Shown: positions 50,345-60,874, counted from the first letter of the stretch. The stretch: DNA of 64,000 nucleotides from Sedimentisphaeraceae bacterium JB056 (GCA_044440125.1 JBITAJ010000008.1:32001-96000); one strand, 5' to 3'. The notes: generated by a model not told the origin, from the sequence alone. Made by a program: numbers and translations.

Positions 50345-52000
50345 ATGAACAAAATACCAGACTACATAAAAGAAATCATAGCGATTGTCGCAACAATGGT
50401 AATGCTCAGCATCATACATGCACCTTATGATCAGGTTCTGTTAGCTCCTGTTGCATATGTACCTCTGGTATTAACCTTTTCTAAAACCCGTAAACCCAAA
50501 AGATTTATACTCTTTACATTCTTGGCATCAATCGGCTATTGGATGTTCAATATCTACTGGCTGATAAACATAATTGCTATCGGCTGGATAGGAGCATCGG
50601 CAATAATGGCATTGTTCATACTGCTCTTTGTATGGGCTCTTGCAAGAGCAAAGCAAACCGGTTGGGGCTGCTGGATTTACTTGCCGATAATAGTAACCGG
50701 TATTGAATTTTTCTATGGCGGAATTTTTGGGGGCTTCAAATGGCACCTTCTGGGCCACAGCCTCTACAAGAACCTTGAGTTTATCCAGATTGCCGACATT
50801 ACCGGCGTCGCAGGCATAACTTTTCTAATTGCAATGCTCAATGGTCTTGTTTGCGATATAATAATGCATCAAAGTATAAAAAGCCTGAAACTGCCTATCA
50901 CTGTTTGTGCTATAGCAGTAGCTTCAGTTATCGTCTACGGCAAATACAGGCTCCAAACGGAACCGCAAAACTTCACGCAAGGGCCTCTTATCGCGATAGT
51001 TCAATCCAATGTGCCATCTACCGTAAAAGAAGATAAGTACGAAGGAATGAATATACTCGAGGGGCTTTTTAAGGTTTCTGAAAAAGCACTGGCCAGCGGA
51101 GCAGAACTGCTTGTCTGGCCTGAAACTATAGTATCAAGTGCTATAAATTCTGAGTTCCTGATATACATGAAGGAAGATTCAGAACCGTGGCAATATCATA
51201 AAAAAATAAAAAGTTTCACAGACGGCAGAACATATCTTCTAACCGGAGCTACAGCACTGAAAGTAGGCGAAGTTGATGGGGAAAACAAGGTAACGGATCA
51301 ATATAACTCAGCTTTTCTTTACTCGCCAAATAACGGCAGCTTCCCTGTTAGATATGACAAGATACATCTGGTGCCCTTTGGCGAATACATACCCCCTAAA
51401 AATATCGACTGGATAAGAAATATATTCCTGGCTTTTAATCCATATGACTACGATTACACATTGACTGCCGGAGAAAATTTAACACGTTTTCAGATAAAAA
51501 TCAACGAAAAGGAGTGGGATTTTTCGGCCATGATCTGCTATGAAGATACAGATGCTCAGCTTAACCGGAAACTAACCTATTCAAAGGATAAAGGCAAGGC
51601 TGACTGGCTCTTGAATATAAGCAATGACGGATGGTACGTTTGGTATGAAGATCGAAAAGTCAAGCCATCCTCTGAACTGCCGCAGCGAACTGCGATTTCA
51701 GTCTTTAGGGCTGTTGAGAACCGAATTACCCTAATGCGAAGCGTCAACACTGGTATAAGCTGTAAAATAGACCCTTTAGGCCGTATAGTTGATGGATACA
51801 TAGACGGCACATTGCCTGAAAACGTATTTGACCGTCAGGCAGTTGAAGGATATTTTACCGATAGACCTGAAATAGATTCGAGGGTAACTTTTTTTACGCA
51901 ATACGGTACTCTATTTTCTAAGCTTACAGGGGTATTGTTCGTGATTCTAATTATCTTATCATACGCTAAGAAACCAAGAAAGAAAGCCGCAGACAAATAA
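50345..52000 (+). CDS. lnt: Apolipoprotein N-acyltransferase
   Basis: Multiple TMs, VQSNV, VWPET, YDKIHLVPFGEYIP, ICYED, NISNDGW, RAVENR, NTGIS. Confidence 0.93.
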   Translation: MNKIPDYIKEIIAIVATMVMLSIIHAPYDQVLLAPVAYVPLVLTFSKTRKPKRFILFTFLASIGYWMFNIYWLINIIAIGWIGASAIMALFILLFVWALARAKQTGWGCWIYLPIIVTGIEFFYGGIFGGFKWHLLGHSLYKNLEFIQIADITGVAGITFLIAMLNGLVCDIIMHQSIKSLKLPITVCAIAVASVIVYGKYRLQTEPQNFTQGPLIAIVQSNVPSTVKEDKYEGMNILEGLFKVSEKALASGAELLVWPETIVSSAINSEFLIYMKEDSEPWQYHKKIKSFTDGRTYLLTGATALKVGEVDGENKVTDQYNSAFLYSPNNGSFPVRYDKIHLVPFGEYIPPKNIDWIRNIFLAFNPYDYDYTLTAGENLTRFQIKINEKEWDFSAMICYEDTDAQLNRKLTYSKDKGKADWLLNISNDGWYVWYEDRKVKPSSELPQRTAISVFRAVENRITLMRSVNTGISCKIDPLGRIVDGYIDGTLPENVFDRQAVEGYFTDRPEIDSRVTFFTQYGTLFSKLTGVLFVILIILSYAKKPRKKAADK

Positions 52001-52011
52001 TTGCCTGCGGC
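51977..52011 (-). terminator. Intrinsic terminator after hsp20, overlapping the lnt 3' end
   Basis: Minus strand GCCGCAGGCAA-TTAT-TTGTCTGCGGC followed by TTTCTTTCT. Confidence 0.6.
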
Positions 52012-52041
52012 AGTTCTTATGGGTTAATGATTAGGCTTTTG

Positions 52042-52485
52042 TCACTTAATTTCTTTGACATCAATTTTGCGAGGTGTTGCCTTTTCTGTCTTTGGCAATA
52101 TTACTTTTAGTACACCGTTAGACATTTCCGCAGAAATATTGTCAACATCAATATTTTCCGGCAGAGTCAGATCACGACGGAATGAGCCGTAATATCTTTC
52201 TGTATAGTTGTACTTGTCCTCTTTTTTCTCAGTGGTTTCTTTCTTCTCTCCACTTATAGAGAGTGTGTTGTTGTTGACTGTTATGTCGATATCTTTCATA
52301 CCGACACCAGGCAATTCTGCAAGTACTTCAAATTGATTGTCACGTTCTTCAATGTCTATGGCTGGGGCAAAACGCCTTGCATCATCAAAGGTGTCAAGTC
52401 CTCGCATAAACCGTCCGAAAAGCCTGTCAAAATCATCTCCCCACCTTGACATAGATCTGTTATTGTTGTTTCTTAATGCTAACAT
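52042..52485 (-). CDS. Hsp20/alpha-crystallin small heat shock protein
   Basis: PAIDIEE, AELPGV, LSISGEK, ERYYGSFRR, NGVLKVILPK, IDV; SD GAAAGGTGA before ATG 52485. Confidence 0.93.
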   Translation of the reverse strand: MLALRNNNNRSMSRWGDDFDRLFGRFMRGLDTFDDARRFAPAIDIEERDNQFEVLAELPGVGMKDIDITVNNNTLSISGEKKETTEKKEDKYNYTERYYGSFRRDLTLPENIDVDNISAEMSNGVLKVILPKTEKATPRKIDVKEIK

Positions 52486-52582
52486 GATACTCACCTTTCC
52501 TTTCATAATTCAATACCTTAATCTCTATTAAATTACTCTATATCAAATTATTCCTTTGCATCACGTGCTGCATATATCATTA

Positions 52583-52599
52583 TGCAAAACCCGTGCCAA
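52583..52599 (-). promoter_or_regulatory. Sigma54 (-24/-12) promoter of hsp20
   Basis: Minus strand TTGGCACGGGTTTTGCA matches TGGCACG-N4-TTGCA exactly. Confidence 0.8.
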
Positions 52600-52749
52600 A
52601 AACAATACACAAACGTAATCACACCTACAGCAAGAACTTAGAGCTACGCCCGCTTTGAAATCAATAACATAAATTAAATTAAAATGTCAAAATGGCAGGT
52701 TTTTCGTCAAAATCAGTACTCTTTTTGCACCCCTTTTACCCTTTGTTAT

Positions 52750-52778
52750 TTGACTTCTATAGAAGTTTGTACTACAAT
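52750..52778 (+). promoter_or_regulatory. Putative sigma70 promoter of uvrA with overlapping palindrome
   Basis: TTGACT-N17-TACAAT; ACTTCTATAGAAGT palindrome at 52753-52766. Confidence 0.6.
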
Positions 52779-52817
52779 CAATAGTTTGACTTTAATTAAA
52801 TATTTCAGGATAAAAAC

Positions 52818-55667
52818 GTGTCGAAGAAAGTAATAAAAATAACAGGGGCAGCAGAGCACAACCTCAAGAATATTGATGTTGAAATCCCCCGTGATGAGCT
52901 GGTTGTAATAACCGGCCTCAGCGGTTCAGGAAAAAGCTCTCTGGCTTTTGATACAATATACGCCGAGGGGCAAAGAAAATACGTAGAATCACTTAGTGCA
53001 TATGCGAGACAATTTCTTGAGCAGATGCAAAAGCCTAAAGTGGAGCATATAGAGGGTCTGCCCCCTACCATTGCAATTGAGCAGCGGCGTGCTTCAAGTA
53101 ACCCAAGATCTACGGTTGCAACAACAACGGAAATCTATGATTATTGCAGAGTTCTTTTTGCACGATCTGGTACTCCGCACTGCTGGATCTGCGGCAAGGA
53201 AATCTCAAGCCAAAGCTCCAGCTCAATAGTGGACTCAATATTAACCAATCCCAATGGCAGCCGACTTCAGATATGTGCTCCTGTAATTCGCGGTACTAAA
53301 GGCGAGCACAAAGATGCCATTGTTAAAATACAGCGGGAAGGGTTTGTGCGTGTACGGGTTGACGGCACTATATGTGACGTCAAAAATGTTCCTACACTTG
53401 ACAAAAATAAAAAGCATAATATCGCTGCCGTTGTTGACCGTGTGGTATTAAAAGACAATATACGCTCACGCCTTGCTGATTCGGTTGAAACTGCATTGAA
53501 ATTTGGCGACGGTTCGCTTTATATACTCTTGCAGAAAATCGATGAAGACGGCAAGGCCGGACAATGGCAGGAAATTGTTTACAGTGAGAAGTTTGCATGT
53601 GTCGACCATCCAGAGGCAAGTCTTGACGAAATATCGCCGCGTCTTTTCAGTTTCAATTCTCCCTATGGCGCATGTTCAGAATGTGATGGACTTGGAACAA
53701 TACTGGAATTCGACCCCGACCTTATCGTTCCTGACAAGGAGCTGTCACTTGAAAACGGGGCAATAGACGCGTGGCGCAAAGGCGGCAAGCGTATGAATAT
53801 ATTTTATAGCCGTTTGATAAATGACTTCTGTGAAAATTTTGGAATCAGCAAACAGTTGCCTTTCGATAAAATACCGGCTAAGATACAAAAGATTCTGATG
53901 TTCGGTACTGCTGCCAAAGATATCAAGAAATATGGTATGGATTTTGAAGGAGTCATACCGAATTTAAGCAGACGTTGGGAAAACACGACCAGCGAATACG
54001 TTAAAGCTCGTCTTCATAGTTATCTATCCGAGCAGCCTTGCAAAAAATGTAATGGCACGCGCCTGCGTCCAGAAGCATTAGCCGTAACAATAGGTGATAA
54101 AAATATTAGCGAAGTAACAGGAATGAGCATCATTGACGGTGCAGAATTCTTCAGCAATATCAAGTTTGACGAAGAAAAGACTTTGATCGCCGCACAACCA
54201 TTGAAGGAAATAAGGGCGAGATTGAAGTTTATGCTTGATGTAGGCCTTGGATACCTCACACTCGACAGGAACAGCGGCACGCTTTCCGGCGGCGAAGCTC
54301 AGCGAATAAGACTCGCTACACAGGTGGGAAGCGGGCTTGTGGGCTGTTGTTACGTTCTTGATGAACCGACTATAGGTTTGCATCGCCGTGATAACGACAG
54401 GCTCATAAGTATTCTCAGACGACTCACTGACATAGGCAACACTGTGGTTGTAGTCGAGCATGATGAGGATGTGATAGAACAAGCTGACCACGTGATAGAT
54501 ATTGGACCGGCAGCAGGCCTGCACGGCGGCGAACTTGTCGCTCAAGGAAGCCTGGACGACATCTGCAAATGCCGCCGTTCAATTACAGGACAGTATATGA
54601 GCGGCAAAAACAAGATAGAGATGCCCAAGAAAAGGCGTCCCTATAGCCTTAATAAAGTAATTGAGGTACGTAAAGCCGAAGAAAATAACCTGAGAGGAAT
54701 AGATGTCAAATTCCCAGTAGGCGTACTCACGTGTGTCACAGGCGTCTCTGGATCAGGGAAAAGTACCTTGGTTACAGAAATCCTTCTAAAAGCACTGAAA
54801 AGAAAAATAAACTCATCGAAAGACAGGCCGGGAAAACATAAAAATGTAGTAGGCCTTTCGTATATTGACAAAATCATTGAAATAGATCAGTCACCCATTG
54901 GGCGTACTCCTCGAAGCAACCCTGCAACATATACAGGTGTTTTTGACCTTATAAGGCAAGTATTCGCGCAAACTCGCGAAGCCAGAATACGCGGTTATAA
55001 ACCGGGCAGATTCAGCTTCAATGTTAAAGGAGGAAGATGCGAATATTGCCAGGGACAGGGAACTAAAAAAATAGAAATGCATTTTCTGCCTGATGTATAC
55101 GTAACCTGCCAGAGCTGTAAAGGGACGCGATATAATCCTGAGACGCTGGAAATACGGTATAAAGGACTGAATATTGCCGAAATTCTTGATATGCGTATAC
55201 AGGATGCTCAACGATTCTTCTCAAGCTTCCCCAAGATATCACGACAACTTCAGGCTTTGTCGAATGTAGGTCTTGGGTATATGAAGCTTGGCCAGGCCTC
55301 TACAACTCTCTCTGGCGGCGAAGCTCAAAGGGTCAAGCTCGCTTCAGAGCTTGGAAAACCCAATACCGGCCATACAATGTACATACTTGATGAGCCGACA
55401 ACCGGACTGCATTTTGCCGATATACATAATCTGTTGAATGTTGTACAGACATTAACCGACATGGGCAATACTATAGTAATTATAGAACACAATCTTGATG
55501 TTATAAAAATAGCCGACTATATCATCGACATGGGCCCGGAAGGCGGTATAGGCGGCGGTACCGTTGTTGCCAAGGGGACTCCTGAGGAAGTTTCGCAAAT
55601 CAAAGGGAGTTATACAGGCAAATACTTGAAAGAAAAACTTTTGGCAGATTCGCAAAAAAATAGATAA
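52818..55667 (+). CDS. uvrA: Excinuclease ABC subunit A
   Basis: GAAEHNLKN, two Walker A motifs ([18 protein letters not shown]), two LSGGEAQR signatures, zinc fingers, LDEPT. Confidence 0.97.
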   Translation: MSKKVIKITGAAEHNLKNIDVEIPRDELVVITGLSGSGKSSLAFDTIYAEGQRKYVESLSAYARQFLEQMQKPKVEHIEGLPPTIAIEQRRASSNPRSTVATTTEIYDYCRVLFARSGTPHCWICGKEISSQSSSSIVDSILTNPNGSRLQICAPVIRGTKGEHKDAIVKIQREGFVRVRVDGTICDVKNVPTLDKNKKHNIAAVVDRVVLKDNIRSRLADSVETALKFGDGSLYILLQKIDEDGKAGQWQEIVYSEKFACVDHPEASLDEISPRLFSFNSPYGACSECDGLGTILEFDPDLIVPDKELSLENGAIDAWRKGGKRMNIFYSRLINDFCENFGISKQLPFDKIPAKIQKILMFGTAAKDIKKYGMDFEGVIPNLSRRWENTTSEYVKARLHSYLSEQPCKKCNGTRLRPEALAVTIGDKNISEVTGMSIIDGAEFFSNIKFDEEKTLIAAQPLKEIRARLKFMLDVGLGYLTLDRNSGTLSGGEAQRIRLATQVGSGLVGCCYVLDEPTIGLHRRDNDRLISILRRLTDIGNTVVVVEHDEDVIEQADHVIDIGPAAGLHGGELVAQGSLDDICKCRRSITGQYMSGKNKIEMPKKRRPYSLNKVIEVRKAEENNLRGIDVKFPVGVLTCVTGVSGSGKSTLVTEILLKALKRKINSSKDRPGKHKNVVGLSYIDKIIEIDQSPIGRTPRSNPATYTGVFDLIRQVFAQTREARIRGYKPGRFSFNVKGGRCEYCQGQGTKKIEMHFLPDVYVTCQSCKGTRYNPETLEIRYKGLNIAEILDMRIQDAQRFFSSFPKISRQLQALSNVGLGYMKLGQASTTLSGGEAQRVKLASELGKPNTGHTMYILDEPTTGLHFADIHNLLNVVQTLTDMGNTIVIIEHNLDVIKIADYIIDMGPEGGIGGGTVVAKGTPEEVSQIKGSYTGKYLKEKLLADSQKNR

Positions 55668-55784
55668 TAGAGAGCAATTTAGTATTTCAGATGGGAAAAA
55701 ACTAAAAAATCCTTGATTTTTCCTGAATTTCTTATAACCTATTGCCTCTATGATATTAACCGTATAATTAGTTTGGAGATAATA

Positions 55785-55865
55785 ATGGCTAAACCGAGAC
55801 GCAGAAGAAAAGTCGGCAGTAAAAAGAGAAAAGCACGCTGGAAAGTAAGAAACAAGGTTTCTTGA
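55785..55865 (+). CDS. 26-aa highly basic small protein MAKPRRRRKVGSKKRKARWKVRNKVS
   Basis: SD GGAG 6 nt before the ATG, TATAAT at 55763-55768, 14 of 26 residues K/R and no acidic residue; absent from the ORF track. Confidence 0.7.
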   Translation: MAKPRRRRKVGSKKRKARWKVRNKVS

Positions 55866-55935
55866 TCTTGCTGCCTTAAGCGTTTTAAGTTTTTTGCGAT
55901 GCTAAATCCAAGTATTTGATAACGCAGAAAGCTTT

Positions 55936-56559
55936 TTAAGGCGATTGGCTCGACCAGTCGCCTTTTTTTGTTTGCGCAGAAATATCCTCAGAAACAATAT
56001 CCTGCTTTTTCAATTCTGCGTTTTCTTCAGTATTCTCAAGCCAACTATATATTTTTCCGGCCTGTCCATCATCTTCCTGGAGTGACAGCAACTCTAAGAC
56101 ATTGCATATCATATCAACTTTACATCTTGAACACAGCAGCAAATTTGCCTGTTTTTCATCGCAACTTTTCAGATACGAATTTCCTACAGGTGTAATAAAA
56201 AAGGTATACACCAAGAACCAAAGTACAATATACCCACTGATAAAACCAAACAAACCTGAGCCAATTTTCTCAAAATATTTTGGCAGTGCAGGAGCAGGAT
56301 AATCAGAAAACAAATGCACATTAAGTATTTCAAGTATAACAAGAAGCAAAGCTGCAGTCAGAAACAATACACCTACTTTAGCCCATTGATTAGGCAATGT
56401 ATTGGGCGAATATTTACCGATAATAGTAACGGTCATTATACCAAGATAAACTGATATCATTACATTAAACATACACACCCATGCGGCCAGAACGCCTCTT
56501 CTTATTCCCCAGAAGCACCCTACCAAACCAAATATTAAAGCTGCTATGGTTATCCACAT
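55936..56559 (-). CDS. CvpA-family (colicin V production-like) membrane protein
   Basis: Four TMs, WGIRRG, EKIGSGLFGFISG motif. Confidence 0.65.
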   Translation of the reverse strand: MWITIAALIFGLVGCFWGIRRGVLAAWVCMFNVMISVYLGIMTVTIIGKYSPNTLPNQWAKVGVLFLTAALLLVILEILNVHLFSDYPAPALPKYFEKIGSGLFGFISGYIVLWFLVYTFFITPVGNSYLKSCDEKQANLLLCSRCKVDMICNVLELLSLQEDDGQAGKIYSWLENTEENAELKKQDIVSEDISAQTKKGDWSSQSP

Positions 56560-56569
56560 ATCAAAACAC

Positions 56570-58108
56570 CTACCCTATTCCCTTAACTTCATTATACGAG
56601 GTAATACCACGCAATACCTTTTTCATCGCTTCTTTGTGAAGCCTTGATTTTATATTTTTAGAAGCAATATCTCTAAGCTGGTCAGGAGAGACATGCTCAA
56701 GACATGTTATATTCGCTTTGACATCCTCTGTTATCTTCAAAACATCAAATATCGCAACTCGTCCTGAATACCCGGTATTACGACATTTCTCACACCCGTT
56801 AGGTTTCATTATTCCAGTAACGTTGATGCCACGATTTTTAAGCATAATCTCTTTATCCGCAGGCAATTTGGCAGGACTTTTGCAATGTTCACAAAGTTTT
56901 CTCACAAGTCGTTGTGATATAATCATATCAATCGCATCAGCAAGCATAACAGGCCTTATGCCAAGATCTATCAGACGCAATATCGAAGTAAGATTGTCGC
57001 CACTGTGAATCGTCCCAAGTACAAGATGTCCGGTATGTGATGCCTGAACTGCTATTTGAGCCGTTTCATTATCCCTTATTTCTCCAATAGTTATAACGTC
57101 CGGATCTTGCCTGAGGATACCGCGAAGCGTACTTGCAAATGTAATACCTGCTTTTGTATTTATCTCAATCTGACTTATTCCCGGGATCTGGTACTCTACC
57201 GGATCCTCAACTGTAATTATGTTTCTTTCAGCATTGTTTATCGATGCCAACATTGAATAGAGCGAAGTAGTCTTTCCACTCCCAGTTGGCCCGCACACAA
57301 TTATCATACCAGACTGTTTCGATATTACTGTTTGTACGTCTTTTAATGTATTTTTCGAAAGGCCGATCTCATCAAGTTCAAGCATTTTTGCAAACACATT
57401 AAGCACACGTATTGAAAGCTTCTCCCCATTAACTACACCAGCACTTGCAACTCTGAATGCGGCACTTCCATCGCCTAACTTGGCCGTAAAGGCGCCATCC
57501 TGAGGTCTTCGCTTCTCTGATATGTCCATGCTTGAAAGGGCTTTTATACTGCTTATTACTGCGGTCCCAACATCAAGCGGCATCTCCCTAACTTTCTGCA
57601 ATTTCCCATCAAGCCTAAATCTCACAGAATAAGATTCTAAATCAGGGTCTATAAGTATGTCACTTGCTGAATCTTCCAGAGCTTCCCATATGATTGTTTC
57701 GGCAAGCCTTACTACACCGCTCAGATCAGAAGATTTTTTACTGCTTGTATATATATCCTCAATATCACGTCCCGAACTGTTCAATAGACTTATATTTACC
57801 GGATCAATATTTTCATAAACTGTCTTCTTACCTTTTACTTTCCATATATTACTGCTGAATATTTCTGCCCAAATTTCTGAAAACCCTAATTTTTTAGTAT
57901 AGACCTTGCGTGTAATCTGAACTGCATATACACCAAAAATAACAAATGGACCAAAAAGAAGTGTAAGAACATTTAACCACGGCCGTAAAGAAATGTCCAT
58001 TAGTCGGCTATTATTAAAATAATACACACAAAACAGACAAAAATATAGCCAGACGCAGAATAATGCGACTTTAACTGCATGCAGTATTAACAATCCTTCG
58101 TAATTCAA
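56570..58108 (-). CDS. GspE/PilB-family secretion ATPase with N-terminal membrane anchor
   Basis: ASDILID, RFRLDG, DISEKRRPQDG, GPTGSGKTT, TVEDPVE, LRQDPD..GEIRD, CEHC..CEKC; two N-terminal hydrophobic helices; TTG start with SD AAGGAG. Confidence 0.9.
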   Translation of the reverse strand: MNYEGLLILHAVKVALFCVWLYFCLFCVYYFNNSRLMDISLRPWLNVLTLLFGPFVIFGVYAVQITRKVYTKKLGFSEIWAEIFSSNIWKVKGKKTVYENIDPVNISLLNSSGRDIEDIYTSSKKSSDLSGVVRLAETIIWEALEDSASDILIDPDLESYSVRFRLDGKLQKVREMPLDVGTAVISSIKALSSMDISEKRRPQDGAFTAKLGDGSAAFRVASAGVVNGEKLSIRVLNVFAKMLELDEIGLSKNTLKDVQTVISKQSGMIIVCGPTGSGKTTSLYSMLASINNAERNIITVEDPVEYQIPGISQIEINTKAGITFASTLRGILRQDPDVITIGEIRDNETAQIAVQASHTGHLVLGTIHSGDNLTSILRLIDLGIRPVMLADAIDMIISQRLVRKLCEHCKSPAKLPADKEIMLKNRGINVTGIMKPNGCEKCRNTGYSGRVAIFDVLKITEDVKANITCLEHVSPDQLRDIASKNIKSRLHKEAMKKVLRGITSYNEVKGIG

Positions 58109-58177
58109 AATCTCTCCTTAACCAATTGGCAATGTATAAACATAACCACTGCAAAAACACTATAACTCTACCTTAGC

Positions 58178-58206
58178 ATTCTATTAAATCTAATTACCTA
58201 AATCAA
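58178..58206 (-). promoter_or_regulatory. Putative sigma70 promoter of the GspE-like gene
   Basis: Minus strand TTGATT-N17-TAGAAT. Confidence 0.45.
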
Positions 58207-58285
58207 GCAATATATTCAAAGTTACAATGTAAAAAGTAAAAAAAACTATATAAATCCGGCAGGTTTTAGTATATAGATGAGAAAT

Positions 58286-58789
58286 TTATCGAATATTCTT
58301 TTTCTTAACGCCAAGCAGGACTGCAGAAAAATCGAATATTTGCCATAGGAAGGCACCAATCAATGCTGTATAAACAGAGCTTAATGGAATGGCTAAATAT
58401 GGTTTGGCTATGTGCTGGCCTATCTTGAACGCATTAAGCGTATCAATTATCGCCATAATACAGACACTAATAAGAAATATTGCAAAAATCCTATTTCGAA
58501 CACGGTCCATTAACAAGACATCTCTCATAGCTGAAAATGACACACCCACAATACCGTAAGCAATCATTGCCGGCCCCATCGTGGAACCTGATATATCAGC
58601 CATAAAGCCTATCATGAAAGATGCTATTATAGCATCCCGTCGATCAGAAATGTAAGCAAAGAACGCAAGAGCCGCAACAAGAAGATCCGGTCTTATATCA
58701 AGAGAACTTATAGTAATAAGCTCCATTACACTGCCGGCATTTATAAGTGTTACAACAAGCACAGTAACTACGAAGTTGATCCATTTCAT
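58286..58789 (-). CDS. mreD: Rod shape-determining protein MreD
   Basis: RPDLLV, GFMADI, multi-TM; follows mreC with ATGA overlap. Confidence 0.8.
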   Translation of the reverse strand: MKWINFVVTVLVVTLINAGSVMELITISSLDIRPDLLVAALAFFAYISDRRDAIIASFMIGFMADISGSTMGPAMIAYGIVGVSFSAMRDVLLMDRVRNRIFAIFLISVCIMAIIDTLNAFKIGQHIAKPYLAIPLSSVYTALIGAFLWQIFDFSAVLLGVKKKNIR

Positions 58790-59610
58790 TGACTGCCCTC
58801 CATGACCGTCTCCATAACAACTACAGCCACCTCTTCAAGTTTGTCATAATCGATAGGCTGATAACCGCTTATGTCCCAGAGTAGTGGATTTTCTTTGTCG
58901 GCTTGAACAACTTTTATCTCTCCTACATATCGTGGAGTATCAAGGTATCGCGGATCAGGTGATGCATAAACAAGATCGCCCGGTTTTATGTCAAACTCGC
59001 GAGAAACCAGCGGTATCTTAAATGCATTAACTCCGTCTCCTTTAATATTTGCCCTTATATAATCGTTCGCATTATCACGCATTATACGAACTTCAAGACT
59101 ATGGCTATTATTTACAACAAGGGTAACACGTGCTGTTGCTGTTGATACTTCCGAGACGGTACCGATAACCACGCCGTCACTCATAACATATTGCCCTGCT
59201 CGTACCCCATCAAGAGCCCCGCGGCTTATCAGTAGGAAATGCCCCTGCTCTTTTCTGATTATCTTGGCAGCGACAAGACCCGCACCAGACTTAGGCAAAT
59301 ACGACCTGTATTTTGCCATCTTTTCGAGCCTTTCATGTTCTTCAAGGAGATCTGCGTAGATATTCTTATATGCTGCCCAGAGACGGTTATACTCTTGACG
59401 AGAAACCCATTCACTTCCTGGACTTTGGCTGCTCAAAAGCTCCTCTGGCAAATCTATCCTTAAGCTTATAACGGGACTGAAAAGTTCAATAAAAAAAGAA
59501 TTGAGATTATTAGTAATTTGATGCGGCAGTATCAGGATGGCTATAGATACCATCAGGAAACCTGTAAATAAAGACGTATTGTTTGCCTTAAGTCCTTGCC
59601 GTGCCATCAT
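58786..59610 (-). CDS. mreC: Rod shape-determining protein MreC
   Basis: N-terminal TM, short coiled coil, ISRGALDGVRAGQYV..GVVIGTV, IKPGDLVYAS; between mreB and mreD. Confidence 0.8.
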   Translation of the reverse strand: MMARQGLKANNTSLFTGFLMVSIAILILPHQITNNLNSFFIELFSPVISLRIDLPEELLSSQSPGSEWVSRQEYNRLWAAYKNIYADLLEEHERLEKMAKYRSYLPKSGAGLVAAKIIRKEQGHFLLISRGALDGVRAGQYVMSDGVVIGTVSEVSTATARVTLVVNNSHSLEVRIMRDNANDYIRANIKGDGVNAFKIPLVSREFDIKPGDLVYASPDPRYLDTPRYVGEIKVVQADKENPLLWDISGYQPIDYDKLEEVAVVVMETVMEGSQ

Positions 59611-59645
59611 TACTCGCTAACTAACTTGTGAGTAAACCATTGATA

Positions 59646-60701
59646 TTAATCCCATGAGTAGTTATTCTTGTCGATTGTATCTTTCCACTGATCAAGCTGT
59701 TCAAGATAAATACAAGTGCCTCTTGCAACACATGTTAGAGGATCTTCAACTACAACAACATCCAATCCTGTCGCATTACCAAGAACCCTGTCCATGCCAC
59801 GTAAGAGAGCTCCGCCACCGCAAAGATGAATACCATTGTCAATAAGATCGGCAGCCAATTCAGGCTCAGCTCGCTCAAGTGTACGAGTTACACATTCAAT
59901 TATTGAAGAAACAGGCTCTTTCAATGCCTCACGAATCTCTTCACTTGTTATTACAATCTTCCTCGGCAAGCCTGATATTGTGTCACGTCCCGCAATCTCC
60001 ATGGTAAGCTCTTCCTCAAGATTTGCCGCAGAACCAAGCTGAATTTTGACCCTTTCAGCCCTTGATTCACCAATAAGCAGATTATAGGTTCGCTTAAGAT
60101 GTGTCACTATAGCTTCATCAAAATTATCACCGCCAACTTTGAGACTTGTACAAGTACTTATACCCGAAAGTGACATAATAGCAACCTCAGTAGTACCTCC
60201 ACCAATATCTACCACCATTGAAGCTGTTGGCTCACTTATTGGGAGTCCAGCACCAATACCGGCTGCCATTGGCTCAGGTACGAGAAATACTTCACGTGCA
60301 CCTGCACGCTCTGCACTGTCAATAACAGCTCTTCTCTCTACTGCAGTTATCCCACTTGGAACAGATATGACCACACGAGGCTTTATAAGATTGCCGCGAC
60401 CGTGTATTTTACGAATGAAGTAGCCAAGCATCGCTTCGGTGACTTCAAAATCACTAATGACACCATCTTTCATAGGACGAATAGCTGTTATAGAGCCGGG
60501 AGTCTTACCAAGCATATCCTTGGCAACAAGGCCAACAGCCTCTCCATTATTGAGTACCTTATTAGTACCTTTTTCAACTGCTACAACAGAAGGCTCGTTA
60601 AGCTTTATACCCTCACCCCTAACGGTAACAAGAGTATTACAGGTACCGAGATCAATACCCATATCCGTACTAAACCAGCCAAGTATTGAGTCAAGTATCA
60701 C
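59646..60701 (-). CDS. mreB: Actin-like rod shape-determining protein MreB
   Basis: DMGIDLGTCNT, NEPSVVA, RPMKDGVI, EPMAAGIG, VDIGGGTTE, GGGALL, PLTCVARG. Confidence 0.96.
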   Translation of the reverse strand: MILDSILGWFSTDMGIDLGTCNTLVTVRGEGIKLNEPSVVAVEKGTNKVLNNGEAVGLVAKDMLGKTPGSITAIRPMKDGVISDFEVTEAMLGYFIRKIHGRGNLIKPRVVISVPSGITAVERRAVIDSAERAGAREVFLVPEPMAAGIGAGLPISEPTASMVVDIGGGTTEVAIMSLSGISTCTSLKVGGDNFDEAIVTHLKRTYNLLIGESRAERVKIQLGSAANLEEELTMEIAGRDTISGLPRKIVITSEEIREALKEPVSSIIECVTRTLERAEPELAADLIDNGIHLCGGGALLRGMDRVLGNATGLDVVVVEDPLTCVARGTCIYLEQLDQWKDTIDKNNYSWD

Positions 60702-60811
60702 AATGATTCCTTTCAGTCAAGATTCAGAACTACACCCGCCTGCCGTAAAATCCTTAACAGGTTACAAAACTAAACATATAACAACCAATATTCAGTATTA
60801 TACTAAATTAT

Positions 60812-60854
60812 AACAAACAAAACGACACGAACAGCGCAAGGCTACCCGTGTCGT
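60812..60854 (-). terminator. Intrinsic terminator between the small membrane gene and mreB
   Basis: Minus strand ACGACACGGGTAGC-CTTGC-GCTGTTCGTGTCGT followed by TTTGTTTGTT. Confidence 0.65.
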
Positions 60855-60874
60855 GGTAAAAAACATCTTATAAG

